Below, in pieces: positions 13,134 to 26,175 of a stretch of DNA of 63,895 nt. How positions within the stretch are numbered: position 1 is the stretch's first letter; every line of letters starts with the position of its first letter. Source of the DNA: Nemertoderma westbladi (taxonomy: Eukaryota > Animalia > Xenacoelomorpha); assembly GCA_032718475.1 (NCBI GenBank), contig JAUCBJ010002602.1, positions 1 through 63,895 of the forward strand, written 5' to 3'. A program made the translations under genes and the position numbers. The notes beneath the pieces were generated by a model, which was given only the letters and a program-made list of their open reading frames with translations, did no database searches and was not told where the DNA came from.

Positions 13134-14071
13134 AAGCGGAGATATATAATAGGGTTGGTGCGCGAAAAAATTGTTGGTTTAGAAACAATCGAATAAGGGG
13201 TAACAAGGTGCCCTGAATCGAGTGGCGGGGTTTGTTTTTTTTTGTAAAAACACGTGTAAACGGTCGAAGTGGTGGGTTTAAGTAAGCCCAGGAAGCCAAT
13301 TTTGAAAATCGGCTGTGAATGGCTGCTACTGTTTTGACGTCACCACGCAGTGCTCCGATAATTTCTTGTATTGTTTTCTATGGAGGGTGATTTTAGATCC
13401 ATTAAAATACACGGTCACCGGTAGTGTAAGAGTGGTACCGGTACAGCTGTAGATTTACTCAACTTGATGATCTTAAGCAACAATACAACAATGGCCCTAC
13501 TCTGATACTGCAATGCAATAGGTGGCTAGGGCGACGTGGTTGAGTGCTTGCATACCGGTCGGGCAATCTGCGAGTTTATAATTGTGAAATGATTCATTTA
13601 ATCAATGTTCGTCACCAGGAATTTAATTAATTGTGGTCTCAAAAGATGCGCAAGTCTCTCCGCTTTCAATTGATGTAAGCCATGTGTGAAATGATTGAGA
13701 TTAAACGTGTATTTTAATGGATCTAAAATCACCCTCCATAGAAAACAATACAATAAATTATCGGAGCACTGCGTGTAGCAGCCATTCAGTCAATAAGTCT
13801 GTAAGTGTATCTGTACAATATATAATAATAATATATAACATACCGGTACCATTTTCTGTGTTTCCTATCGAATTCCGGAGCCGAATATCGTAAATCTCCG
13901 ATCGATTTGCCGGATGTTGGTCGTATATCTACGGATATCTAAACGGAAAATCAAAACACTGAATTTATATACAGCTGAAGAATTAATTGCCATTTAATGA
14001 AATAATCCACTAATTAAAACACATATTTTTCAATGTGGAATTTAAAAAAAACACTAAAAAGTCAGTTAGTT
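13134..14071. mobile_element. Intronic insertion flanked by a 13 bp direct repeat
   Basis: GACCCAAGGTAGG at 13121-13133 and 14072-14084. Confidence 0.6.
13316..13788. mobile_element. MITE with ~80-95 bp TIRs
   Basis: TGAATGGCTGCTAC...CACGCAGTGCTCCGATAATTT...CCATTAAAATACACG is inverted at ~13706-13788. Confidence 0.8.
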
Positions 14072-14379
14072 GACCCAAGGTAGGCAGATTAATTTATTTA
14101 CCTATAGTTTGGGAGATTGTTTAATTTAATAATAATTTAATAATTCTATTCTATATTAACTTTTTGTATTTTACTCATTGTAATTTTTAATACCGGTACC
14201 GACATATTATATATAACCAGTGGTTTATTAACTAATAATTTTATGAATATATTTTTCACTTTTTTTAAAAGAAAGTTACCGGTATTATTATTTGATTTAT
14301 GAGTTTATGAGATTTATTGAGTTGATAAGTACCGGAACCGGTAGTTAAATATATTGAAAATAATTAAACTAAAATTGTA

Positions 14380-14618
14380 ATAGTAACCTCTAGGTAATTT
14401 CCAGTACAGTTTATATCTTGCTTTTAAGGGTTGAAAACCTCTAGACCGTAATTGCGATGTTAGGGGATGTATTGATTCCTAGCAGCATTGCCATTCTTTG
14501 GCGTTCTTTCAATTTATTGAATGTCCCGAGGTCTTCCAGAACGGCTGTCTATTGCTGTAGATGGTTTAAAACAAGTTATATATAAACTGTACTGGAAATT
14601 ACCTAGGTTGATACTATA
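14380..14618. mobile_element. Small MITE-like inverted repeat
   Basis: CTAGGTAATTTCCAGTACAGTTTATAT versus ATATAAACTGTACTGGAAATTACCTAG. Confidence 0.7.
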
Positions 14619-15295
14619 AAAAGTTTTATTATGTTATACTACTAATTTAATATCGTCTATATTTGAACAAAAGATAAAGAGAATTATCGAAAGCTCAAAA
14701 ATAATAAAAAAAACATTTTTTCATGTCAGTTGATTGTCATTGAATGTCGGTTGTTTTATTTTATCCAAGTTATTCTTTATTGCATACCACTGGTTCTCAC
14801 ACCATTACAGTTATATTTTTGTTTTTTAATTAATACAGGTACTCTATTATATATTTTTGTCGTTTTTTTGGATAAGAATTTCTCTGAATATATATATATA
14901 TACAGTAATATACCGGTATATATACTACAATATATATTTATGTGGTTTCTCTGTTTACATTTAATAATTATTTCTCCATTCCTCTGCTGATGATATATAT
15001 ACAGTATATTGACACTCTTACCACTTTTTATTTCTTGCTAATAATCTTTGCAATATTACACATAGGAGTCTATGACTATGTATTGTATATAAATGTCGTT
15101 AAGTTCTTTTTTTGCAACTTTTGTTGGAATATTCGAATATTTTATCTTTTATACTCAGAATAACTGAATAGAACAACAAATCCGCGAGTATCGAGTTTCC
15201 TTGAAAACAACAGAAAGGAGAAAAATAAATATATTTTGAATTTAATAAATTTATCGCGTCATTATTTTATTATTCTTCTTTTTTTATTATTTAAG

Positions 15296-16090
15296 GTCGC
15301 GGTTAGCTTTATTGTGTCCAATCACGGGCCAGCTAACCTTCCAACAGCCAGTGTGCTCCACGTTGATTGGCCTGCGGAAGCGGCCAATGGGAAGTGGCTG
15401 TTGTACATGAGCGGATCCCCTCAGTTGGACGGCACGGCCGCGTCCTGTCGCATCCCGGAATCCCTATCGAACCCACTGGGGATCGAACCCGCGCCCACCG
15501 GGTTCGATAGCACCGCTGCTAGTCGTTCGCGGCGCAGCACCGAGAATCCCCTGCCCAGCGGGGGCGGCGGCCCCGCAGTGAACTCAAACACCCGATCCGC
15601 GCGATTAGACTGCGAACACAAAACCGCGAATTGCTCAAGTTTCACTTGCGATATCCCGAAACTAAACAACTCAGAATACAGTAAAGTAACGCTAGAGGCG
15701 TATGTGTGGAAGTCTACATTCTTCGAGGACCACGCGGGACTGGACAGCGTCTGGATTGTGATCCGCGGACGAGTTTCCGTCCCCAACGTCCCACATTTAA
15801 AGCAAAACATGTCTAACGATTACTCCGAGTCGTTAATCGAAGTCCGACCGGAGGTTGTCACATCAATCGCGGAACCTATTCCCATATGGGTGATTATTGC
15901 GTCGGTACTCGGCGGCGTGATTCTCCTCGCTTTGCTCGTTTGCGTCTGCTGGGCCTGCGGATTCTTCCGTAGGAAGCGGGAACCCTCGGAGCAGCAGAGC
16001 TACCGGTTGGCCAACGTCCCCCCCGAGAAACGCGTTCCCCCCTCCCCGTTAATGAAGGCGGGTTACTACCCAGTAACCACCGACGCCTAA
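15296..16090 (+). CDS. Integrin alpha subunit, exon 2 (calf-2, furin site, TM, cytoplasmic tail)
   Basis: T-rich tract plus AAG acceptor in phase 0; RSRR cleavage site; TM IPIWVIIASVLGGVILLALLVCVCW; GFFRR motif; ends TTDA*. Confidence 0.95.
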   Translation, partial: VAVSFIVSNHGPANLPTASVLHVDWPAEAANGKWLLYMSGSPQLDGTAASCRIPESLSNPLGIEPAPTGFDSTAASRSRRSTENPLPSGGGGPAVNSNTRSARLDCEHKTANCSSFTCDIPKLNNSEYSKVTLEAYVWKSTFFEDHAGLDSVWIVIRGRVSVPNVPHLKQNMSNDYSESLIEVRPEVVTSIAEPIPIWVIIASVLGGVILLALLVCVCWACGFFRRKREPSEQQSYRLANVPPEKRVPPSPLMKAGYYPVTTDA

Positions 16091-16425
16091 TGTCTACTTA
16101 TTCTACTTCGTAACGGAACCCAACTTTATTTGCATTTCTAATGCAATGCAATATTGCCATTGCTTATGCATCCTTAACTGCTACACAACTCGCTCGCTAC
16201 GCTCATTCATTGTTATTATTATTGTTATTAACTCATTGTTTTTTATTCTTTCATATTATATATAACCTGTTATTAATGATATAAAGGATAATATTTACCG
16301 TTTATTTATTATAAACAACCCCATTATTTATATCTTGTTTGAAATCTAGTTAAATAAATAAATATTATAATATATATATATAATATATGCAGCAAAGGTT
16401 TACAGGTTTGCAGGTTAATTAATTA

Positions 16426-17247
16426 CCGTATTTCTTCGAATAAGAGTCTGGGCGTTTAAGTTTATAAATTGCCAATTGGGGAGGCGTTTATTCGAGGGAG
16501 GCGTTTATTCGAGGGAGGCGTTTATTCGAGGGAGGCGTTTATTCGAGGGAGGCGTTTATTCGAGGGAGGCGTTTATTCGAGGGAGGCGTTTATTCGAGGG
16601 AGGCGTTTATTCGAGGGAGGCGTTTATTCGAGGGGGGCGTTTATTCGCGGGGGCGTTTATTCGAGGGAGGCGTTTATTCGAGGGAGGCGTTTATTCGAGG
16701 GAGGCGTTTATTCGAGGGAGGCGTTTATTCGAGGGAGGCGTTTATTCGAGGGGGGCGTTTATTCGAGGGGGCGTTTATTCGAGGGAGGCGTTTATTCGAG
16801 GGAGGCGTTTATTCGAGGGAGGCGTTTATTCGAGGGAGGCGTTTATTCGAGGGAGGCGTTTATTCGAGGGGGGCGTTTATTCGAGGGGGCGTTTATTCGA
16901 GGGAGGCGTTTATTCGAGGGAGGCGTTTATTCGAGGGAGGCGTTTATTCGAGGGAGGCGTTTATTCGAGGGGGGCGTTTATTCGAGGGGGCGTTTATTCG
17001 AGGGAGGCGTTTATTCGAGGGAGGCGTTTATTCGAGGGAGGCGTTTATTCGAGGGAGGCGTTTATTCGAGGGGGGCGTTTATTCGAGGGGGCGTTTATTC
17101 GAGGGAAGCGTTTATTCGAGGGAGGCGTTTATTCGAAAGAGGCGTTTATTCGAGGGAGGCGTTTATTCGAGGGGGCGTTTATTCGAGGGAGGCGTTTATT
17201 CGAAAGAGGCGTTTATTCGAGGGAGGCGTTTATTCGAGTAAATACGG
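16426..17247. mobile_element. Tc1/mariner-like MITE with a 17 bp minisatellite (~45 copies, 16480-17237)
   Basis: TA|CCGTATTTCTTCGAATAA ... TTATTCGAGTAAATACGG|TA. Unit GGGAGGCGTTTATTCGA overlaps the inner TIR motif. Confidence 0.88.
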
Positions 17248-19112
17248 TATTGTAATTTTAATTAATTTATCATGATAATAATAATAGTTATAATATTGTT
17301 GTATATTCGTGATAATTTAACCTTTTAAATTTAATATTTATTTCCTAAGAATTCCTTTAAGATCTTTAGTTTAGCGACTAACTATATATGTTCTACAGTA
17401 TTATATATATTTATTTACTTGCTAGTTTTATTTCCCTATGTATTCTATGTCTGTCTACTAACTGTAAGTAAATAATGTATTTTATATTAGAATTTTCCCC
17501 ATTTTGCAGTTCCATTATTTTATTTTCTTAGAACCCCGCACATATATATATGTTGAATGCTTATCATAATTATTTAATTATAATAAATATTATCTTAACT
17601 AATCATGCAGTTTACTGTTTAGTTTTCGTTATTCTGCTTTAAAATAATATATATTGTTAGAAAATTTATTTAATTTAACTGTAATTTATAATTTTCGATA
17701 ATGTTAGTTAATTAATACCGCCAGATTCATACCGTAATAATTAATTACAATTAAATTTATATTTAATAAATAAATAGTCTATCTTTCTGTTTGTTGGATA
17801 AATATTAATGAATTTAACAGGTTTATAAATAAATTGGTCGTTATTGTCGGTTTGGTTATTTAGTTATTCAGTTTTAGGTATTGAATTCTTTTTTACTGAG
17901 TTTAACAATAATTGACCTCTTTGTTTTTCTGATAAGAAGAAATCCATCTACAATATATTTTGTGTTACCCATGGTTGTACCGGTTTATTTTAGCCGAGAT
18001 TAACAAATCAATTATTATGTTTCTTTTCATTAACTGTCGTTTGTCATTTTAATTCTTTAATTATATTTAATGTTGCTATGTTTACTAGTATATATATTAT
18101 TTAACAAAATATGCCCGAATATCTACTTAAAATAAATGCATTTTCTTGTTTGTAATTAATACTTTAGTTATTCAATATATATAACAAATTAATAAATACT
18201 TAAAATTTAATTGCTTAATGCTGTAATAATATAAGTAATCTTGTTTTATTAGTTAATAAATAAATAAATATTGTTGTGAAATCAGTAGATTTTTTATTTC
18301 TCAATGGTCATAAAATCAATTTCATTTTGTGGTGATTTTTCATAATCATATTTGCACTACTTTTTTTTCGTGCACCAGAGGGCATTCAAAATTACCAAAA
18401 TTTTCTCGTATGTTATATTTGAGTTCTATAATCGTGATCAGCATCCTAATTTACCTCTAAATACTGCAATTAATTAAATTTTAGTGAACTATAAAAACTT
18501 TTGAAAATTTTAGCACGAAAAATACTGGAGAGGGATGCCAGAAGGGGACCACAGCACAAAACTAACATAGCCATGTAAATGGCGTTTGCTCTGTTAGATA
18601 GCCCATTAAATTTTAGGGAAAGTCACGAAATCTCAGTTCTCCCAACAAACCTGACTCAAAGATACAGATAAATCACAAAAAAGTTATTATTTCGGTTTTA
18701 TTAATTTCGGTCCTGGTGCGAATATTTCATTATTATATATATATATTTGGTTGGTATGTCTGTTTGACAATTGCTTTTACCACTAAATTAAATGGTTCAC
18801 TACATTTTTCAAGCTAAAATATATTCCTCGCAATGCACTCTAAAAAAAATTTTTGCTAAATTGCATAAAAAAAGTGAATTTCAATAGATTATCTCGGTAA
18901 ATAAGTACCTAGAACTAATTGTTCAAAATGACAAGATAATCTAGTGAGATTCATTGATTGAATTATCTATCCAGTTTCTCCAGATATTTTGTTAAAATAA
19001 ATAGCTATCCTGTAAAAATGTTTAAATATCTCTGTAAATTAGGTGAATATTTCAGCAGTTTCTGTAACAAGATACTTATGCAAATAAATTGGTTTGGTCA
19101 AATTCCGCCACC

Positions 19113-19278
19113 GGCGTACCAAAAAATGTCAACAAAAAGAGTGTTACAAAAGCAGATGTAAGACAATTCAAACGTGGACAATTTTGGTTAACAGTACAGA
19201 GTCGTCCAGTTGTCCACTCATACCGAATAGCCCTACATCATTTTTTGTGACACTTTTTGTTGACACTTTGTGGTACAT
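19113..19278. repeat. Short inverted repeat (MITE-like)
   Basis: GTACCAAAAAATGTCAACAAAAAGAGTGTTACAAAA versus TTTTGTGACACTTTTTGTTGACACTTTGTGGTAC. Confidence 0.55.
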
Positions 19279-19859
19279 GGACAGCTATTATAAAGAAAAA
19301 TTAGATATTGGGTAATTAATATAGGACTTCTATATTTAAGAATATCAAACGATACAAACTAGACAAAATAAAATAAAACACTAGACATTTTCAATGAAGT
19401 ACCACAAGACAATTATATAATATATAGAAACTGAAAAAAAGTAGCACAATAAGATTTAGATGATAAGAATTACATCAAACGATACAAATATATATATATA
19501 CTAGAAAGCCAGTGGCCCTTCGGGCCACGGCTTTCTAGTTCACAAGCCTATTCACCATTCCAAACATTAATTAATTAATTAACTTAACAAAACTTCATAT
19601 GATTGAAAGTGTTCTCTCAAACAAAAGGACTGATGCTGTTTTACTTTTCAGATATCTACACTGGTCAACGTCCTTCACATAGATGCAGCCTTATGATGTA
19701 GTACAGTAGACCTCTGACAATTATCAGCGTAAAAGCATTTTTAATAAATAAATGTGAGAATGTTTTTACTTTTCAGATTCAGATTTTTCGCACCCTAGCA
19801 GTAGACTGGAAATCCGCAGACTGGTTAGCGTCCTCCCCATACAAACAGCCTATCCCAAG

Positions 19860-22800
19860 TGTGGGAATACTACTACTTGGTATTAGGGATATTGTTGAGT
19901 GCGTTGCATGGCAACCATTACTTCGGTGTCAGCTGGTAGGCCTACGGGTTATACAGTCAGTATATTAGTATTGCTTAGGTGCAGTACCGGTATTGCTTAG
20001 GCGCAGTACCGGCATGTATGAGTATATAGAGAATAATATTTAGTCATAGTTATTCTACTCTTCCCCTGAACCTTATATCATAGTTCACAACATGGCGCAG
20101 TGTTTTTAACGTTCGAACCAACGCTGGAAATCATATCGCTTTATCGACAACACGTCTTCGCGAAAACTTGGGGCATCGACATTGAACATGCCGCCCAAGC
20201 TCAAGAAGAAACAAAGCCCCACCGCATCAGACGATGAGGAGGGCAACCCCCCGTTTAAACTCAATGACTTCGCGATGCTACTCGCGAAACAACAGGCGGA
20301 TAACCAGGCGGCCATGGCTCAGCTCCTTGCCCAGCAGCAGGCAGCCACTGACGCTCGCCTCGCGCAGCAGCAGGCGGACAACCACGCCGCCCAGGCAGCC
20401 ACGGACGCACGCCTGGCGCAACTCCTCGCAGCGCTGCAGCCCGGCGCTACCGCTCCTATTGCGGCCCAACATGGGCCACCGACGTTCGCTCAGGCTGCGG
20501 CGAACCCCGCTCCTCCGCGTCGCCGCGTCATCGACATTGCCACGTTGGAACGCATCGACACCAGCGTCGACTACGCCACGTTCCGACGATGGCGACGCGC
20601 GTGGGGTGTTCACGCCCAGCGCCAGCAGGTCGCCGACTTCCCAATGGGCGAACAGGTCTATGCGCTCGCCGCTGCGCTGGGGAGCGCCCTTCAAGAGACG
20701 CTGCGAGTCACCCTACACGTCGACATCGACAGCACGGACACAACCCCGGCGCTGATTCTCGACGCTATACAGGGACACCTCCGCGCCAAACGGAGTATCG
20801 CCATCGACGCGATAAAATTCCACGAGCGGCGTCAGGGCCCCAATGAGGTGTTCGATTCCTTCCGGGTCGCCCTTGAGGAGCTCGCCGACAACGCCGATCT
20901 GTGCGGACATTGCCGTGACCGGCAGATTGTAACCCAAATTCTCGTGGGAATCCGGTGCTCCGAGACACGCACAGAGCTCCTAAAGGTCCTCCCACAGCCG
21001 TCACTGGAGGACTGCGTCCGCATCGCCCAGGGCGTCGAGGCGAGTGGGCGTAACGAGACGATTCTCGCGAGCGGCAAACCCGTCGCCAAATTGTCAACGT
21101 ACAAACGCGAGCGATCCGCCTCCCATACTCGCTCATCCAACCCTCCACGAGGACGCAATCAGGAGCGCAACTGCGGAAACTGCAGCCAAAAGAGACACGA
21201 TAAGGGCAAGGAGTGCCCCGCCAAGGGCGTGGTCTGTCACAACTGCGGGAAGACGGGCCACTTCGAGTCGGTCTGTCGCTCCAAAGACAAGACAACCGCG
21301 CCAAAGAAACTCAACACGGTTATACGTCGATACGACATAAACCGCATCACCTCCGACCCAGCGACATGCGACCTCTCCTATGTCACAGTCAAACTCAGCG
21401 ATTCCCGGGACGGAGCCACTCTGGGGCGAGTTCGGAACGCCCTCCCAGACAGCGGCGCGGCGGCCACGCTCCTCAATGAGAAGGAATTCCTCCGACTCGG
21501 GGGAAAGCGCGTGGACCTACTCCCGTCAAACAGAGTAAACCTCGTTGCCGCCGACGGACTTCCCCTAGAAACTCTGGGACGATTCCCAGCGCGGATCGAG
21601 TATGAGGGAGCGTCGGCCACGACTGATCTCCTCATCTCTCCAGAGGTCGAAGGCCTGATCCTCTCGAAGGCCGTGATCCAGGACTTACGGATCCTCCCCG
21701 CCAACTTCCCAACTCCCCTCAGTTGCAACACGGCGTCCGTGCGGGACAACAACCACTTCTCGGTTCCCGAAACCAGGGCGGAGTTCCTCCTCGAGTTTGC
21801 GGATGTACTGGACGACCCTTCGGCCCCGTTACCGACCATGCAGGGTCCACCCATGCACATCGAGCTCAAGGAGAATGCTACCCCGTTCCATGTAAACGGT
21901 GCTCGACCTATCCCCTTCGCATTGCGGGACGAGGTCAAAGAACTCCTGGATGACTTGGAGCGGCGGGAGGTCATCGCACAGGTCGAGGAACCCACGGACT
22001 GGGCCCACCCGCTAACGGTCGCGAGAAAACCGAGCGGGAAACTCCGGTTGTGCGTCGATCTGCGACATCTCAACTCGCAGGTGCGACGCCCGTACTACCC
22101 CACCCCGAACCCACGGGTGGCGGTTGCCGGAGTTTCAACAACGGCTCGAATTTTCTCCGTCTTTGACGCCGCCAGTGGATACTGGCAAGTCCCACTCGAC
22201 GTGGAGTCGCAACTCCTCACCACATTCGCGACCCCCTGGGGCCGCTATCGCCACCTCCGCAGCGTGATGGGGTTAATTTCGTCTGGCGACGAATACAACC
22301 GCCGCGGAGATGACGCCCTTCAGGGACTGCCCAACCTCGTCAAGGTTGTGGACGATGTGCTCATCTATAGCGACACTATGGAGGAGCACATGTCCGACGT
22401 GCGGCGGTTCCTAGAGAGGTGCCGGGCCCAGGGGATCACCCTACACCCGGATAAAATCCAGTTCGCTCAGAGCGAGGTGAAATTCGCCGGGTACCTAATT
22501 GGCTCGGACGGCATACACGCCGATCCAGCCAAGCTCAGTGCCATCGCTTCCTTCCCTCGTCCGGGGAACATCACGGATCTCCGGAGTTTCGTGGGGCTCG
22601 TGGAACAGCTGGCTCCATTTTCCGGCGAGATTGCCTCGGCCATGTCCCCACTCCGTCCACTACTAAGCACTAAGTCCACATTCATCTGGACAAGCGACCA
22701 CGAGCGAGCTTTCCAGGCGACAAAGCGGGCACTCACCACCCCGCCCGTCCTCGCACCATTCGACCCAGCCCTGGCCACTCAGCTGGTCACTGACGCCTCG

Positions 22801-24860
22801 CGACTCAAGGGACTGGGATATGCACTACTCCAGCTCCACGGAGAGACCTGGAGACTGGTGGAGTGCGGATCGCGCTTCACCACGGACGCGGAGTCCAGGT
22901 ACGCGATGGTGGAGATGGAGCTGCTAGCCGTCGCGTGGGCGGTCCAGAAATGTCGCCTCTTTCTGCTAGGCCTCCCACACTTCGAACTGATCGTGGACCA
23001 TAAACCGTTGGTGACCATCCTCGACAAATATACCATCGACGCAACTGACAACACACGCCTCCAGCGGCTTAAAAGCAAACTGGCCGGCTACCAGTTTACT
23101 ACCACCTGGAGGAAGGGGAAAGACCACGCCATCCCCGACGCCTTATCCCGCGCTCCCGTCGACGACCCGACGCAGGACGACCTCGTTGACGACGGCGACA
23201 TGGCGAACTACCTATGCGCCGTCACAGCGCAAACTGCCGCCGAAATTACTGGCCCACTCGCCGAGCACCTCGCCGATCCAGTGCTGGAGGCTCTCTCCAA
23301 GGAAGCCCGGGACGACCCCGGCTATATGGCCCTGCTCCGCGCGGTGGAAGCAGGATTCCCGGAATCCACCCGGTCGGACCCGGCCGTCCGGATATATTGG
23401 TCGGTCAGGGACGTACTGACCACCGACCGGGACCTCGTCCTACACGGGCGGCGCATTGTGATACCTACAGCGGCGCGAAGGACAACCCTAGCCCACCTCC
23501 ACTCGTCCCACCAGGGGGTGGAGAAAACTCTGCGTCGTGCCCGCCAGTGCGTCTACTGGCCGGGCATGAGCAACGACGTCCGGACAACAGTCTCCAGCTG
23601 TAGCGACTGCCTCACGCAACGTGCCAGTCTGGCCCAGGAACCCATGTTGGAGGAACCACAACCCACGCGTCCATTCGAGTATATATCTGCCGACTTCTTC
23701 CAGTCGGGAGGGAGCCACTACATCGTCGTGGCCGACCGTTATTCCGGGTGGCCGGACGTATACTCGTTCCCGTCCGCACCCACTGCAGCCCGGACGGTCG
23801 ACGCCCTCCGGACCTGGTTCACCCAGTATGGTGTACCGACCCGTTTCCGGTCGGACGGCGGTACCCAATTCACGGCTGCAATGCTGACAACGTTCCTCCA
23901 CACCTGGGGAGTCACTCCCGTCACCTCATCCCCAGAGTATCCCCAGGGAAACGGCCACGCAGAGTCGGCCGTGAAAGCCATAAAGGGCCTCCTAATCAAA
24001 ACGGGAGGCAACATCACCAGTGAGAAGTTCCAGGAAGGACTCCTGGAACTCCGCAACGGCCCTCGGGAGAGTGGCCTCTCGCCGGCCGAGACGGTGTACG
24101 GCCACCCCATGCGTTCGCGGGTACCGGCACACCACAGTGCGTTCGCCCAGACCCACCAAGCGGCCCGGACGGAACTCGACCGGATCACACCGACTCTAAA
24201 AGAGACTCGGTCGGCCCACTACAATAGGGGCACAACAGCCCTCCCATCGTTGCCCATTGGCACCCACGTCAGGATACAGAACCCGACCACCAAACGATGG
24301 GACCGCGCTGGCACAGTCGCGGAGGCCAGGGCAAACCGCCGGTATACCATCCGGATGCCGTCCGGACGGACCCTCGACCGGAACAGACGGTTCCTTCTTC
24401 CAGACACCTCGACCAACCAAGAGGAACCAACCACCACTCCAGAAACCCCTACACCCGCACGGCGGACCAAGGGCGTCGCCTGGGGCACACCCCTGGAGGA
24501 TGTAAAAAACGTGCCGGTACGCAAATACCCTCAACGGGCACGCAGACAGCCGGACAGACTCTAACCCCCCTCACAAACTTATAAACTGTCAGCTCGCCAA
24601 GTGACGCACTTCGAGCTCGAAAGGGGGTGTGGGAATACTACTACTTGGTATTAGGGATATTGTTGAGTGCGTTGCATGGCAACCATTACTTCGGTGTCAG
24701 CTGGTAGGCCTACGGGTTATACAGTCAGTATATTAGTATTGCTTAGGTGCAGTACCGGTATTGCTTAGGCGCAGTACCGGCATGTATGAGTATATAGAGA
24801 ATAATATTTAGTCATAGTTATTCTACTCTTCCCCTGAACCTTATATCATAGTTCACAACA
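19860..24860 (+). mobile_element. Full-length Ty3/Gypsy LTR retrotransposon (Mag-like)
   Basis: 233 bp TG...CA LTRs (19860-20092, 24628-24860) that read identical. TSD CCAAG. PBS TGGCGCAG (tRNA-Ser-like). PPT GAAAGGGGG. Confidence 0.97.
20188..24564 (+). CDS. Gypsy gag-pol polyprotein, intact
   Basis: Two Cys/His knuckles, protease DSGA, RT (LRLCVD, VVDD), RNase H (TDAS, DHKPL, DALSR), integrase HHCC and DDE in PR-RT-RH-IN order. Confidence 0.97.
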   Translation: MPPKLKKKQSPTASDDEEGNPPFKLNDFAMLLAKQQADNQAAMAQLLAQQQAATDARLAQQQADNHAAQAATDARLAQLLAALQPGATAPIAAQHGPPTFAQAAANPAPPRRRVIDIATLERIDTSVDYATFRRWRRAWGVHAQRQQVADFPMGEQVYALAAALGSALQETLRVTLHVDIDSTDTTPALILDAIQGHLRAKRSIAIDAIKFHERRQGPNEVFDSFRVALEELADNADLCGHCRDRQIVTQILVGIRCSETRTELLKVLPQPSLEDCVRIAQGVEASGRNETILASGKPVAKLSTYKRERSASHTRSSNPPRGRNQERNCGNCSQKRHDKGKECPAKGVVCHNCGKTGHFESVCRSKDKTTAPKKLNTVIRRYDINRITSDPATCDLSYVTVKLSDSRDGATLGRVRNALPDSGAAATLLNEKEFLRLGGKRVDLLPSNRVNLVAADGLPLETLGRFPARIEYEGASATTDLLISPEVEGLILSKAVIQDLRILPANFPTPLSCNTASVRDNNHFSVPETRAEFLLEFADVLDDPSAPLPTMQGPPMHIELKENATPFHVNGARPIPFALRDEVKELLDDLERREVIAQVEEPTDWAHPLTVARKPSGKLRLCVDLRHLNSQVRRPYYPTPNPRVAVAGVSTTARIFSVFDAASGYWQVPLDVESQLLTTFATPWGRYRHLRSVMGLISSGDEYNRRGDDALQGLPNLVKVVDDVLIYSDTMEEHMSDVRRFLERCRAQGITLHPDKIQFAQSEVKFAGYLIGSDGIHADPAKLSAIASFPRPGNITDLRSFVGLVEQLAPFSGEIASAMSPLRPLLSTKSTFIWTSDHERAFQATKRALTTPPVLAPFDPALATQLVTDASRLKGLGYALLQLHGETWRLVECGSRFTTDAESRYAMVEMELLAVAWAVQKCRLFLLGLPHFELIVDHKPLVTILDKYTIDATDNTRLQRLKSKLAGYQFTTTWRKGKDHAIPDALSRAPVDDPTQDDLVDDGDMANYLCAVTAQTAAEITGPLAEHLADPVLEALSKEARDDPGYMALLRAVEAGFPESTRSDPAVRIYWSVRDVLTTDRDLVLHGRRIVIPTAARRTTLAHLHSSHQGVEKTLRRARQCVYWPGMSNDVRTTVSSCSDCLTQRASLAQEPMLEEPQPTRPFEYISADFFQSGGSHYIVVADRYSGWPDVYSFPSAPTAARTVDALRTWFTQYGVPTRFRSDGGTQFTAAMLTTFLHTWGVTPVTSSPEYPQGNGHAESAVKAIKGLLIKTGGNITSEKFQEGLLELRNGPRESGLSPAETVYGHPMRSRVPAHHSAFAQTHQAARTELDRITPTLKETRSAHYNRGTTALPSLPIGTHVRIQNPTTKRWDRAGTVAEARANRRYTIRMPSGRTLDRNRRFLLPDTSTNQEEPTTTPETPTPARRTKGVAWGTPLEDVKNVPVRKYPQRARRQPDRL

Positions 24861-24865
24861 CCAAG

Positions 24866-26175
24866 TATAAGCAAAAAAGCATTAGAAATAATGAAATTGG
24901 AGAAGGATTTCACTTGAGACATTTCACCCTCTAGCGGCAGACTGAGAAATTGCAGATTGGGCAGAGTTTTCCACAAACACGCAGTCTATGGTGTAGTAGA
25001 CCTCTGACAAGTATCAGCCTAAAAGCATTAGAAACAACGAAACGGGATAAGGTTTTCACTTTCAGAGATTTCGCCCCCTAGCGGCCGAATGGAGAACTGC
25101 AGTTTGTTCGGCGTCTTACCTAGACACACACCCTATGGTGTACTACACATCTGGCAAGTGTCAGCCTAAAATCATATTAATAACGAAATGGGATAAGGTT
25201 TTTACTTTCAGACATTTGGCCCTCTAGCGGTAGACTGGATAAATGCAGACTGGTTCTAGCTCCTCCCCAAACACACAGTCTATGGTGTAGTAGACCTCTG
25301 CCAAGTATCAGCAAAAAAGCATTATAAACAATGAAATGCATAAAGGTTTTCACTTTCAGACATTGCGCCCCCTAGCGGCAGACAGAGCTGTTGCAGATTG
25401 GTCTTAGTTCTCCACAAACACGCAGTCTTTGATGTAGTAGACCTCTGACAAGTATCAGCCTAAAAACATTATAAACATCAAAATGGGATAAGGTTTTCAC
25501 GTTCAGACATTTCGCCTCCTAGCGGCCGAATAGAGAACTGCAGGTTGTTCGGCGTCCTCTCCAGACACACCTCTGCCAAGTGTCAGCCTAAAGGCATTAT
25601 TAATAACGAAATGGGATAAGGTTTTTACTTTCAGACATTTGGCCCCCTAGCGGCAGACTGGAGAAATGCAGACTGGTTCTAGCTCCTCCCCAAACACGCA
25701 GTCTTGGTGTAGTAGACCTCTGCCAAATATCAGCAAAAAAGCAGTATAAACAACGAAATGGGTGAAGGTTTTCACTTTCAGACATTGCGCCCCCTACCGG
25801 CAGACAGAGGAATTTCAGATTATTCAGAGTTCTCTACAAACACGCAGTCTATGGTGTAGTCGACTTCTGCCAAGTATCAGCAAAAAGCATTATAAACAAC
25901 GAAATGGGATAAGGTTTTCACTTTCAGATATTTCTCCCCCTAGCCTAGCGGCAGACTGGGGAATTGCAGATTGGTCAGCATCCTCCGAAAACACACAGCC
26001 TATGGTGTAATAGACCTCTGCCACGTATCAGCTAAAAGGCATTGATAATAACGAGATGGGGGAAGGTTTTCAGTTTCTGACATTTCGCCCCCTAGCGGCA
26101 GACTGGAGAACTGCCGATTGATCAGTGTCTTCCCAAACACACAGTCTATGGTCAGGGACGTATCTGCAAAGTATC
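24866..26175. repeat. ~147 bp tandem repeat, ~9 copies here plus ~2 left of the Gypsy (19600-19855)
   Basis: GGTTTT(C/T)ACTTTCAG recurs at ~25051, 25197, 25345, 25492, 25620, 25767, 25912 and 26065. Confidence 0.9.

Noticed and set aside
16469-17275. Long repetitive ORFs (REAFIRGRRLFEGGVYS)
   Set aside because: Artefact of a stop-free 17 bp minisatellite inside a MITE.
20234-24584. Many overlapping and antisense ORFs in the Gypsy
   Set aside because: Expected from high GC; no recognisable motifs.
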